This document shows positions 18,240 through 27,886 of a stretch of 41,739 nucleotides of DNA, in pieces. The stretch's first letter is position 1. Every line of letters begins with the position of its first letter. The stretch is taken from assembly GCA_965372715.1 (NCBI GenBank), contig CBDVDH010000033.1, positions 1 through 41,739 on the forward strand. The letters are read 5' to 3'. A program made the translations under genes and the position numbers. Under the pieces are notes generated by a model. It was not told the DNA's origin, ran no database searches, and worked only from the letters and a program-made list of their open reading frames with translations. The DNA is from an uncultured bacterium. GTDB taxonomy: Bacteria; B130-G9.

Positions 18240-20126
18240 TTACTGCGTGTCAACTCTGAATAGACAAGACGAGACCTCACCAATCAAATCGAGTTCGCCC
18301 GGCTTGGTAAAGGCGGCGGCGTAGATGTAATCACCGGACGATATGTTTGCCGGTACGATGAGCTCGAGTATCACGGCCGGGCCATAATGGAAACCGTGCG
18401 GCACGAAAAACCAAGAAACGAAGGGATGCAAGCCAGCCTCAAGTCTGCCATCGGTAATGGAGATGATCGAACCATCCGGCATGATAAGGCCGACATAAAG
18501 ATCAACGGCAATAGATGCTGCTTGGTTATCGGCTTCGATCGACGCTATGAACACGTCGCCAGGCGAGAAGCTACTGCCGTTCAATGAGCATTCGATCGTT
18601 GGCGCCTGTGCCGTATATGTGCTGTCATAGACAACTATTGAGCCTTCTCCAATGGCCGCAACGTCGCTATCACCGTCGCCGTCCACGTCCCCAAGCTCAG
18701 TAACCGAAAGGCCCAGGTAATCGTAACACTCAGAGCCTTTGCCCGTGTAAACGGCTTCGGAAGCGAGCATGAACGTCTTTGAGGCCGTCCTAGCGAAGAC
18801 GTAGAACGCTCCTTTGCCGTTGTCGGCTCCGGGGGCGCCGATCATGAGGGCGTCGGACGCGGAAGAGGCGTCGCAGAACCTCCCGGCCGAGGAGACAGCG
18901 CTGCCCAAGAGGTCTCCGGCCTCATTCCCCTCGATGATGACGTCCGCTTGCGAGGCGTCAACGAGGCCGTCCGCATCTGCGGTAAGCGAGCTGGCCAAGA
19001 AGAGGTAGGCCCGGCCCTTTTGGTTGTCATAACCATACGCGCCAACTATTACGTCGTCTCGGTCGTCGCCGTCGAAATCGCCTGTGCCAATCGCGGAGCC
19101 GAAGAAGCTGTCCGCACACTCGCCCGTTATTATTATGTTGGCATCCGTGGCGTGTGTGGCTGTGATCGTTGAGTCAGCGCCCAAGAAGATATAGACGCGC
19201 CCTGCGTTATCGACGATTGTTGCGCCATCCGACTTGTCAAACCACGGCGCTCCGATTGCGAAGTCAACGAACTTATTGGCTGTCATGGGGTTGTCGTCGA
19301 GGTAGCCCGCCGAGCCAACAGCCGTGCCAAAGTGATCGTTTCGATTTTCACCCGTCAGCACGACTGTAGTGGCCGCGGTGGTTCCGGTATCCCCAAACGT
19401 GTCGCTTCCGTAGAAGAGATATGCCCTACCGCAGTTGTAGCGCTGGCGCCTGCCGGTCGCACTGGCAGGGCTCCAGCCGCTCTCACCGATGAGAATGTCC
19501 TCGTATCCGTCGCCGTCAACGTCGCCGATTATCTCGCAGCAGCAGCCGAACCGCGACTGCGCCTGGTCCGCCGTTATCGTTGCTACCGTGGCCATCGAGC
19601 CGGGGTTAGCCAAATCGAGCTCGGTGCGGGCGCCCGAGGCCGGTTCGACAATGTTGTATAGGACATAGCAGACGCCGAAGTTCTCGTTCCAGCCCTCGTG
19701 CTCGAAGTTGAAATGCCTCGTGTCGGCAACCAGGACGTCAGAATCGCCGTCGTCGTTGATGTCGCCGTTGCCTGCGACCCAGATGCCCATCCACCAAGAG
19801 CAATAGTCCATCTTGAGCTTATAGTGTTTGACCTGGTTGGGCCAGTCGCCCCACTCGCGCTCATTATAGCTGCCGCCGAATATCAGGTAACTAAACGGGT
19901 GCGACGTGAAGATGAAATCGGGGTAGCTCACGCCTGGCACGAAAGGCACGCACACGTCGCCCAGTCCCCAGATGTTGTTGGTGTAGCCGTAGCCTTCTTC
20001 GGCATCAAGATCAAGCGAACCAACCATCCCGCAGAATGCCGGGACGGGCAAGAACAGAATCAGTGCACATACGGCCAAGGGCCCCCAGTAATCAGATTGA
20101 TTTGGTATCGCGAATCGTAGGATCAT
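18240..20126 (-). CDS. Secreted integrin-alpha-like FG-GAP repeat protein with a C-terminal beta-sandwich domain
   Basis: Signal peptide; repeated GDVDGDG, IGAP, GRxY and FG motifs. Confidence 0.88.
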   Translation of the reverse strand: MILRFAIPNQSDYWGPLAVCALILFLPVPAFCGMVGSLDLDAEEGYGYTNNIWGLGDVCVPFVPGVSYPDFIFTSHPFSYLIFGGSYNEREWGDWPNQVKHYKLKMDYCSWWMGIWVAGNGDINDDGDSDVLVADTRHFNFEHEGWNENFGVCYVLYNIVEPASGARTELDLANPGSMATVATITADQAQSRFGCCCEIIGDVDGDGYEDILIGESGWSPASATGRRQRYNCGRAYLFYGSDTFGDTGTTAATTVVLTGENRNDHFGTAVGSAGYLDDNPMTANKFVDFAIGAPWFDKSDGATIVDNAGRVYIFLGADSTITATHATDANIIITGECADSFFGSAIGTGDFDGDDRDDVIVGAYGYDNQKGRAYLFLASSLTADADGLVDASQADVIIEGNEAGDLLGSAVSSAGRFCDASSASDALMIGAPGADNGKGAFYVFARTASKTFMLASEAVYTGKGSECYDYLGLSVTELGDVDGDGDSDVAAIGEGSIVVYDSTYTAQAPTIECSLNGSSFSPGDVFIASIEADNQAASIAVDLYVGLIMPDGSIISITDGRLEAGLHPFVSWFFVPHGFHYGPAVILELIVPANISSGDYIYAAAFTKPGELDLIGEVSSCLFRVDTQ

Positions 20127-20194
20127 CTGAATCGGGCACTTGAAAGGTCAGTTGTCGGGCCATAGTTGGTTTTGGTCTTGCACCCGTTGGGTGC

Positions 20195-20370
20195 TTTGGA
20201 CTGCGGTGGCTTGACACCGCTTTGGCTCGCCGCGGCTTGACGCGGCACTAGCTCTGACTGAGAACGGTCTATTCTCTGGATCGCCTCCTGCAAGGTCAAA
20301 AGAGCCAGTTATGAGAGGGTGGTGTCAAGCCGCCACCAATGAAAGCGGCGTCGGGCCGCCGCACTCCAAA
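20195..20370. repeat. REPIN/MITE-like element with 29 bp terminal inverted repeats and two inner hairpins
   Basis: TTTGGACTGCGGTGGCTTGACACCGCTTT (20195-20223) is inverted at 20342-20370 (24/29 match); inner hairpins with GGCTTGAC at 20229-20246 and 20318-20337. Confidence 0.75.
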
Positions 20371-20384
20371 TGGTCGCCCCTGGG

Positions 20385-22136
20385 TCAATCGGCGCAATGG
20401 GTCCTTGCAGCGTCTCTGCCCATACATGGCCATCCCTTCGAATTGATGGCCGCGTTGTAGGTCGAATCGTCGAACTCGAAACAGTAGATCATCCCACCAG
20501 TCAGCGGTTGAACGATCAGGTCGGTTTTGTTGTCGGCATCGATGTCGCCGAGGGCCGGGGCCATAGTGATTTTGTCGGAGAAGGGTCCAATATCGTAGAG
20601 CTTGCTCAGGCCGAGTCCCTGGCGGTACTTGTAAACGAAGATGTATCCGGGCGCGCGGTCTATGTCTGGGGAGGTCCCCACGATTACTTCCATATCCGTG
20701 TGCGTTTTGTCGATGTCGAAGACCAGCGGGGACGAGGCGCGGAAATGGGGTAAGCCGCACGTAGCGGTTGTCGCCGCGGCTACGGCAATCATGGGGCCGA
20801 CGAAGTCAACAACGTATAGCGTGCCCTGGTCCGAAAGCGCCACGATCTCGTTTTGGCCATCGTTGTCCAGGTCCGCGATGGCAGGATCGGCCGTGAACCC
20901 GTCCGGGACTTCATTGCCGCCATTCTGGCACTGCTGAACACTCGCCTCAACAGACCAATCTAATACGATCGTTGCCCGTGTACCGTTGGGCGCTAGGTGC
21001 ATTACGCAGACCTTCCCATCGGCAACCGGACTGCACAGAGTGCCTGGACCCGAGCACACGACGATATTGCTGATTATGTTCTCATCCTGATACTGCACGA
21101 TCTTGCCGATCGCCGGCGAGGACATCGAGGCAATTGTCGGATCAGCCACGTCGCCGAGGTCATAAGTCGCGAGCTGTGTGCCGTCGCGCTTGAAGACGAT
21201 GACCCGGCTCTCGTACCTGTATCCCTCGACGGTCTGATAGAACCGGTCGACGTAGAACACCACCTCATTCCCGGGGAAGTTCTGCCCTCCCAACAGGTCA
21301 CCAACTGCTGGCGAGTTTGACACGTAGTAGTCATCCGGAGCCTTGTCCCAGGCAGCGATGTAGCTCCCGTCGGCATTGAGGGCTGTGATCTTTCCCGCCT
21401 CTGGCGCTTGGCTGAGGTCGTCCCAACCCCTGGTCCCAAAAAGCACTTCCGGATAATTATCCCCGCCTACCTTCCAGCCATCCAGATCAACCAGGCATAT
21501 CCCGCCCGAGATAGGTCCCCGATTAACATCCTTCGGGAAGCCGGAGACTTCCGTCCCATCCGAGTTGAACGCGTAAACCCTGGAGTCAGGGTTCTTTGGG
21601 CCGTAGGCCGGATTGATGTCCGAACCGATAACGATTTCCGGCTTGCTGTCGCCGTCGATGTCAGCAATGGCCATACAGGAGCACGGATGACCGGTCATCG
21701 TGACAGGGAAGTTACGGGCGTTTAAGCCGGCCGACTTGATGACCCAGATAGAATCGTAACACCTGTGTATCTGGGGGGAGCCGTAAACGAGGCATTCCGC
21801 CGTGCATGGCATCAGCGCCTCCTGGGTGCTGTCCGCATCGTCCACGTCGTAGTAGAGCGCGGCCCCGCAGCACCACGTGGCCGAGGCTCTCGGGAAACCC
21901 GGCATCATGCTTACGCCAGCAGGCAGTAAGACACCAGAAGTACCAACCACCGGCTGGGGCGCGGCGCTCCTGGTCTTAAACTTGGCGTTGACAGGGACCA
22001 GCTTCTTCAACGCGCCTTTCGGCGGCGGACACGCACGGACTTCCTGAAACTCCGAAGCGGCAAATCCGAGCGCCAGGACCAAAGCAACTGCCAGCCCAAA
22101 CCTGGGCGTTGCTCGAACACTCTTGACTCGCTTCAT
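20385..22136 (-). CDS. Secreted FG-GAP/VCBS repeat protein
   Basis: Signal peptide; repeated ADIDGD/ADLDND/GDIDAD, GFP motifs, terminal WPxxGRDAART. Confidence 0.85.
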   Translation of the reverse strand: MKRVKSVRATPRFGLAVALVLALGFAASEFQEVRACPPPKGALKKLVPVNAKFKTRSAAPQPVVGTSGVLLPAGVSMMPGFPRASATWCCGAALYYDVDDADSTQEALMPCTAECLVYGSPQIHRCYDSIWVIKSAGLNARNFPVTMTGHPCSCMAIADIDGDSKPEIVIGSDINPAYGPKNPDSRVYAFNSDGTEVSGFPKDVNRGPISGGICLVDLDGWKVGGDNYPEVLFGTRGWDDLSQAPEAGKITALNADGSYIAAWDKAPDDYYVSNSPAVGDLLGGQNFPGNEVVFYVDRFYQTVEGYRYESRVIVFKRDGTQLATYDLGDVADPTIASMSSPAIGKIVQYQDENIISNIVVCSGPGTLCSPVADGKVCVMHLAPNGTRATIVLDWSVEASVQQCQNGGNEVPDGFTADPAIADLDNDGQNEIVALSDQGTLYVVDFVGPMIAVAAATTATCGLPHFRASSPLVFDIDKTHTDMEVIVGTSPDIDRAPGYIFVYKYRQGLGLSKLYDIGPFSDKITMAPALGDIDADNKTDLIVQPLTGGMIYCFEFDDSTYNAAINSKGWPCMGRDAARTHCAD

Positions 22137-22172
22137 CGTACATCCCTCTCTTTCCTGCTATTGCTGATCCTA

Positions 22173-22235
22173 TTCAGCCGACATAGTTCGCCTCTTTATT
22201 CGGCGAGTCTTCGACGCGCGGGGAACGAAGTCTGC
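22173..22235 (-). repeat. Palindromic repeat family B with expanded loop (63 bp)
   Basis: Minus strand GCAGACTTCGTTC ... GGCGAACTATGTCGGCTGAA, with 23 extra bases relative to the 40 bp copies. Confidence 0.8.
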
Positions 22236-22238
22236 CGA

Positions 22239-25200
22239 TTACTCCACAAAGCTCCACGGCGCCATGGCGATGCTACTTTCAAAACCCGTGGTTCCCGGCG
22301 TCGTGAAGGCGGCATACCAGATGTAGGTGCCCGGCGCAAGCGCCGGCAGCTCCTGCTTGACGAGCTCGTAGCTGGGCATGGAGAAGCCTGCGCGTAGCTC
22401 GAATGAACTCAGGAACGGAGCGGCCGTGTCTGAGAAGGACGGATAATACAGCCACAAGCCGCCTGGGCAGTACAAAGCAACGTAGAGGTCTGCGGTTGTC
22501 GTTTCGCCTTGATTGCTGCAGCTGATCCAAAGGATGTGCCACCCGCCTCTGCTGTAAGTATTGCTGTTCAGACTGAGGTCCAAAGTGAGAGGTCTGTCGC
22601 TATAGACGTTTGGCCCTGTGTTTGCCCCGCTCACTGGGTCGCGCACCTGCCCGCCCACGCCATCAAAGAAGTAGAAGTAGTAGATGTGCGAACCCTGGCC
22701 AAGCGTTGTCGAATACCGATACGTGCCATTAGCAGGCGCTCCTTCTCCGAGCGTCATAGAGTGGTGGACGGCGTCAATATAGACGATGCCTGTGATGGGT
22801 TGGTCGCCGTCCGCGTCGTAATAGTGGACGCTGTAAACGAAATCCTCACTAATGTTCCCGGACGCGGGGTCCACGGTACCATCGGTGAGGACAGGAGGCG
22901 TGTTTCCGGCGCCGACCTCAACGGAATAGCTTCCGCCCTCAGGCGCCCGGGCAGAGGCCCCCGCGGGGTCCTCGAAATAGAAGTAGTATGAGTGAGAGCC
23001 TTGCTCAAGCCGCGTGCTGTACGCGTAGGTACCGTTGTCCGGCTGACCCGACGTGAGAGCCATGCCTTTCGGCTCATCATCAATGACGACGAGGCCTGTC
23101 GCCGGCGTATCCCCGTCGCCGTCGAAATAAGTGACGGTGAAAACGAATGTAGTATCCGTCGTCCCACTCTCGGGCGCAACGGCCGGGCCCGAAAGCGTTG
23201 GCGTGATATTGCCTTCCTGCACTGACGGACCGGTATAGGTTCCCGATTCTGGAAGGCGATCGTCGCCCCCCGAACCGTCGTTGCAGTAGAAGTAGTAGGT
23301 GTGAGTGCCGATCGAAAGCCCGTTTGTCTGGAATCTGTAATAGCCGAGGTAAGGCGCACCATCAAAGAGCTCCATCGACACTGGGATGCCGTCGATAACG
23401 ACGTTTATCTCGGCTGGCGCATCGGCATTGGCGTCGTTGTAGTGAACGGTGTAGGCGAAGGTCGCGCCCGGTCGTGCGGCGCTCGGCCATACTTCGCCCT
23501 CCGAGAGAACGGGCGCGATGTTGGCGCCTCCGATTGTCGGACCCAGGCTGGTTCCCTGCGCCGGGTATCTCGCGGAGAGGGAATCGGCATCCTCGAAGTA
23601 GAAATAGTAGTTGTGGCTTCCCGAGCTCAGCGTCGTTGAATACTCGTAGTCCCCGTCGGCGGCTACCCCGGAGCTCAGGCGCATCGCGTGAGGCTCACCG
23701 TCGATAACGACATTCTTAACCGTTGGGGCCGTCTCGTCCGGGTCTTGGTAATGCACAGAATACGTAAACGTTGTTGAGATGGAGCCCGCAAATGGGGAGA
23801 CATTTCCGTTCGAGAGGGTCGGGGCCTTGGCCCCACTTTCTTCCGCTCCGGTAACAACGAGCGAGTACGGCTGCGGACCTTGCGGGGTATTGTATCCCTC
23901 AATCCTGATTGTGTAATCCCCAATCATTGGGTTCCTGATATAGACGCACTCTACGACGTTAAGCCGGTCGTAATCGCCGCCTGGAACCGATAGCCCGTAG
24001 CTGAACCAGTTGCCTCGATACTCGCCGCCCGACGGCGGAACGACCAGGAGATCAAGGTCGTTGACCAGATTCGTCTGAGCCGCCTCAGAGGAGGGATAAT
24101 CAGTCCAAACCAACGTAACCTTCAGCATGTCGGCCGTTGAGACCGAGATCACGTATTCGTCGGAGCTTCCGGTCTGAAGCCCCGGACTTACGTCCCAAAC
24201 GGTGAGGCGCCGGCTGTCTCCGGCGAAATAGAGCGTGTCGTCCAGCTTTATTCGGCCCCATCCTTGACCGTTGGCGGGTATTGCGCCTCCCGTGTCGCTC
24301 CCCGTCATGTCAGCCGCTCCGTTAATCAACACAGCTTTCAGCAGTGAGGCGCTCGGGGCAAGTGCGTCGGCGGCGTTTCGGGCGCCCGTTGGACAGAAAC
24401 CTTCCAGGAAGTATTGTCTTGCGAGTGCGGCCGTTGCCGCAGCCGCCGGGCATGCCATCGAAGTGCCCTGCATTGTCGCAGTCCCGCAGTTGTAGGACGA
24501 GATGTTGGCGTCGCCTTGCGCCGAAACGAGATACTCCCCTGGAGCAACAATGGTGGGCTTGATTCTGCCATCCCGCGCCGGGCCATGACTGCTGGATGAG
24601 GCCATGTCGTTCTGCGACAATGGGGCATGAGGGTTCTTGCACGAGCCTACGCTCACGCAGTTCTTGGCGGTCGCGGGCGGGTTGACCGTGTTGTCGGCAG
24701 GGCCGTCGTTGCCGCTGGCGAAGAAGATAAGGAAATCAGGATAGTCCCACATGAAATCGTCAACGTCCCGGCTGCGGAAAGTGTAGGAATTGTCGCCAGC
24801 GCCACCCACTTGCGTGCCCCAGCTGTTCGAGTGTATCCTTGCCCCAGCGTTGTAGGCCTGCCGGAAATAGCTGTCAAGCCCGAACGGAATCGACGAAAGG
24901 CTGTCTCTATCGCCGATGTCCTGGACGACTAGCTTAGCCCGATACGCTATGCCATCGTTCGTGTCGTATTCCTCCGGGTTCGCGTGGTTGTCGCCTGCCA
25001 GTGTGCCTGCGATGTGAGTGCCATGTCCGTCCTCGTCCCAGCCTGTTTCGCCAGTATAATCGTAATAGGCGATGATCTTGCGCTGCCAGTTGTTGACTGT
25101 CGAACTCGGGAGGCCCTGAGAGCCGTCGTAGAAAAAGCAGCTGTCAGCGTCAACACCGGTGTCCCCGACGCCGATAATCACGTCCTCCCCGTGAATCCCA

Positions 25201-25952
25201 TGATCCCAGACGGAGCAGCTGTTCTGCACGTCCGACTGAACGACCCATCTGGCCACATCGTTCAAAAGAACCGGGATGCGATGATAGTCGATCCAGGCAA
25301 CGTCGGGCTGCGAGGCGATATCGGGCAGCAGCTGCCCGAGGTCCTGCGCAGATACCGAGAAGACTATCCGCGGCCGCGCGGGGTCGTGCGAAACGCCGAC
25401 TATTTTCACCCTCGCGCCGGAATTTGAGAGCATCTGCTCGAGGTCTGTCAGACGGTCAAGCCTCGAATGCTTCGGAAAGAGCTGAACCATGATCGTCGGC
25501 GTTTCCCACTTCAATATGCGTCCGCCTTTCTCCACAAACTCGCATAGACCGCGGGATAGCTTGTACGCGGGTTGATACACGCCGACCCACTCGATCGGCA
25601 GGGCGGTCGTGCTCTCGAGTCTCTCGGCCGCCTTGGGCGCCATCCTGACAACAAATGCAAAATCAGGAATATAACTTACCAAACACGCGCCCTTCTCCTC
25701 GAGCCCTGATCTCATCTCTTTTGTGATCGGGCACGAGAACTGCACGATGTAATAGGCATAGTCGGCGTCCAGGCAAAACGGGGCCCAGTATTCGGGCCAG
25801 ATGTCCGGCTCGCCGTCCGATTTTCCGTCAAACTGAGCGTATTCCAGCTTGATCAACGGCCCGGCGCCAGAATCGGACGCAAAACCCCAAACGGCGAAAA
25901 ACGTCAACAACATGAGTCCCGAGAAGATAGACCTTCTGTAAAAGCCTTGCAT
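22239..25952 (-). CDS. Secreted S8 subtilisin-family protease (KP-43-like) with C-terminal repeats
   Basis: Triad GDTG / HGTHIAGT / GTSMACP; HSNSWG, DGRIKP, QGWGR; signal peptide. Confidence 0.94.
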   Translation of the reverse strand: MQGFYRRSIFSGLMLLTFFAVWGFASDSGAGPLIKLEYAQFDGKSDGEPDIWPEYWAPFCLDADYAYYIVQFSCPITKEMRSGLEEKGACLVSYIPDFAFVVRMAPKAAERLESTTALPIEWVGVYQPAYKLSRGLCEFVEKGGRILKWETPTIMVQLFPKHSRLDRLTDLEQMLSNSGARVKIVGVSHDPARPRIVFSVSAQDLGQLLPDIASQPDVAWIDYHRIPVLLNDVARWVVQSDVQNSCSVWDHGIHGEDVIIGVGDTGVDADSCFFYDGSQGLPSSTVNNWQRKIIAYYDYTGETGWDEDGHGTHIAGTLAGDNHANPEEYDTNDGIAYRAKLVVQDIGDRDSLSSIPFGLDSYFRQAYNAGARIHSNSWGTQVGGAGDNSYTFRSRDVDDFMWDYPDFLIFFASGNDGPADNTVNPPATAKNCVSVGSCKNPHAPLSQNDMASSSSHGPARDGRIKPTIVAPGEYLVSAQGDANISSYNCGTATMQGTSMACPAAAATAALARQYFLEGFCPTGARNAADALAPSASLLKAVLINGAADMTGSDTGGAIPANGQGWGRIKLDDTLYFAGDSRRLTVWDVSPGLQTGSSDEYVISVSTADMLKVTLVWTDYPSSEAAQTNLVNDLDLLVVPPSGGEYRGNWFSYGLSVPGGDYDRLNVVECVYIRNPMIGDYTIRIEGYNTPQGPQPYSLVVTGAEESGAKAPTLSNGNVSPFAGSISTTFTYSVHYQDPDETAPTVKNVVIDGEPHAMRLSSGVAADGDYEYSTTLSSGSHNYYFYFEDADSLSARYPAQGTSLGPTIGGANIAPVLSEGEVWPSAARPGATFAYTVHYNDANADAPAEINVVIDGIPVSMELFDGAPYLGYYRFQTNGLSIGTHTYYFYCNDGSGGDDRLPESGTYTGPSVQEGNITPTLSGPAVAPESGTTDTTFVFTVTYFDGDGDTPATGLVVIDDEPKGMALTSGQPDNGTYAYSTRLEQGSHSYYFYFEDPAGASARAPEGGSYSVEVGAGNTPPVLTDGTVDPASGNISEDFVYSVHYYDADGDQPITGIVYIDAVHHSMTLGEGAPANGTYRYSTTLGQGSHIYYFYFFDGVGGQVRDPVSGANTGPNVYSDRPLTLDLSLNSNTYSRGGWHILWISCSNQGETTTADLYVALYCPGGLWLYYPSFSDTAAPFLSSFELRAGFSMPSYELVKQELPALAPGTYIWYAAFTTPGTTGFESSIAMAPWSFVE
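22605..23825 (-). repeat. Four tandem ~100 aa repeat domains within the S8 protease (approximate bounds)
   Basis: PxLS...VxP..G.....F.Y.V.Y.D.D...P....V.ID.....M.L..G....G.Y.Y.T.L..G.H.YYFY occurs four times. Confidence 0.85.
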
Positions 25953-26043
25953 ACTAACCTCCGGCTAAGTTGCTAAAGATGCGGTTAAGGGTGGACCCAC
26001 TATATTGGCAGATTCCACCAGAATGCCCCGAAATATGTCCGCA

Positions 26044-26072
26044 ATACTAGCCAAGTCCGCTAGGCGAGTCAA
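26044..26072 (-). promoter_or_regulatory. Probable sigma70 promoter for the S8 protease gene
   Basis: Minus strand TTGACT-17 nt-TAGTAT. Confidence 0.5.
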
Positions 26073-26081
26073 CCTCGCGGC

Positions 26082-27473
26082 CTACTTCACGACTTGTGAG
26101 GCGAATAGGAAGCGATGGCCGTCCTTCCTCAAGAGCGGGAGTTGTTCCTCTAGAACCGCGACGGTTGTCCGCCTCAGGTGGCAGATGCCGATAACAGGCT
26201 GCTTGAGCCTTATCGAGAGCGCCACCAGCTTCTCAAGCTGAGCCTCGATCGCCTTTTTTTCGTTTTCGTTGTCGAGGAAGACATCTCGGTTTGCGACCTT
26301 CAGGTTCATGCTTCTCGCCACCTTAAACGCCACGGTGTCCGCGGTCGTTCTGCTATCGATGAAATAAAGCCGCTTTCTCTTCAAGTGACTCATGACGGCG
26401 GCCATAGCTGTTAGGTCCGTGCAAGCCCTGGACCCCTCGTGGTTGTTCACGCCCGAAACATGCGGCATGCTCGTCAGAGCCTCGTCAATCAGCATCTCTA
26501 TCTCTGCCTCGTTCTGCCCGCATCGAATCTCAAGTTCTGGGAAGCCGGGGCCCAGGTACCGAACAGGCTCCATCGGAAGATGTAACATGACCTCCCGTCC
26601 GCTTGTGTGCGCCGCCTCAGCCGTCTCGCTCGCGAACGTCGTCTTCGGCAAGACCGAGAACGTCAGCGGACAGTCTATATCGACAAGCCGCTCTGCTAGA
26701 GAAAGGTCATAGCCGCAGTCATCGACTACGATCGCAATCTCCGCACTCTCATGCGACCCGATAGCCTCGCTCGGCTCGAACTGAAACGTTTGTGGCGGAG
26801 TCATCGGTGGAGTCGGTTTCGTCTGGGCGATTCTTACATCTTGAATCGGCTGGACGAAAAGGAGGCATTGGCGCTTGACTCGGCCGAAGCCCAGGTCAAT
26901 CGCAAGCATTTCCCTGTCGCGCTGGGAGCTTCTCTTAACCGCCGCAACCCCGGCGCCCTCCCTCGAAGCCTTCTTGACGAGCAGTGCACGAAGCGAATCA
27001 AACTTGACGGAAGGTGAAATCCTAAACTCGCGGTATTCATACTCGTCCGGCGTGCCGTTTGCGACGTTCTTCTGGAACGTCAAGTCGCTCTTGTGAACGC
27101 CTGACTCTATCAGCGCCTCGTTGACGGCCTTGCGCAGCGCCTCGGACCTGAGCTGCCGCTCTCCGGGCGAGAACAGGCCCTTGTCTTGTGCCCAGGTGAA
27201 CAGCTCCACGGTGACCGAAGACTGACCATACCGCGTCTGGAGGAAATCAAGCCCGAATATCGCCACCGCAAATCCGAATAGCCCTGCGATTATGAATACG
27301 AACGGCGAGATGGCGCGGGCCGTGCGTCTCTTTCGCGGCTTGTGGGGAGCTCTTTGCTTCTTGGTGGTGGACGCGCCGCGACTCTTCGGCCTCGAGGCGG
27401 AGGATGACGACGCCTTCCGTTTTCCGGTCTGGGCGCTTCTTGGGCGCTTGCCCTTGGGCACGCGAGATGACAT
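26082..27473 (-). CDS. Divergent polysaccharide deacetylase family protein (YibQ-like), membrane anchored
   Basis: IAIVVDDCG, EVMLHLPMEP, GVNNHEGS, FIDSRT, RDVFLDN; basic N-terminus then a TM helix. Confidence 0.92.
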   Translation of the reverse strand: MSSRVPKGKRPRSAQTGKRKASSSSASRPKSRGASTTKKQRAPHKPRKRRTARAISPFVFIIAGLFGFAVAIFGLDFLQTRYGQSSVTVELFTWAQDKGLFSPGERQLRSEALRKAVNEALIESGVHKSDLTFQKNVANGTPDEYEYREFRISPSVKFDSLRALLVKKASREGAGVAAVKRSSQRDREMLAIDLGFGRVKRQCLLFVQPIQDVRIAQTKPTPPMTPPQTFQFEPSEAIGSHESAEIAIVVDDCGYDLSLAERLVDIDCPLTFSVLPKTTFASETAEAAHTSGREVMLHLPMEPVRYLGPGFPELEIRCGQNEAEIEMLIDEALTSMPHVSGVNNHEGSRACTDLTAMAAVMSHLKRKRLYFIDSRTTADTVAFKVARSMNLKVANRDVFLDNENEKKAIEAQLEKLVALSIRLKQPVIGICHLRRTTVAVLEEQLPLLRKDGHRFLFASQVVK

Positions 27474-27886
27474 AGCTGTCCTTCTGTTGATTCGGATTGC
27501 TCTCTATCTTGTTCTCGTCATGGAACTGCTGAAGTATCCTAGCGCATAGTGGGGATAATCAAAAGCAGGAATTAGGGGTTCTTGGCAATGCGGCTACTGG
27601 AGATAGGACGGAATCCACGGCCATGACTAGTGCTCCTAACGGGGAGTTGGGCCGGCAGATCGAACCAGCCTTCGTGATTGCGATTGAGGTTAAACCTATG
27701 TCCCGCTTGACACGAAAAGGAATGATGACCTGAAATTTCTTGCTTTTTGAGTAGCTTGGATGTTTATATTGAAGAGTTAGGGTATGTGTAGCGGCAGTTG
27801 GCGACTTGAGCTGAGATCATGTTTCAGCTGGGCAATTTGCGCGTCCAAGCCTGGGGCTAATTTGTTTTTTAAGGGGAACAAGGACG

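Noticed and set aside
27634-27700. TCCTAAC-GGGGA-GTTGGGCC as a possible attC start before the three-gene cassette
   Set aside because: No complementary L' or properly spaced R' box found
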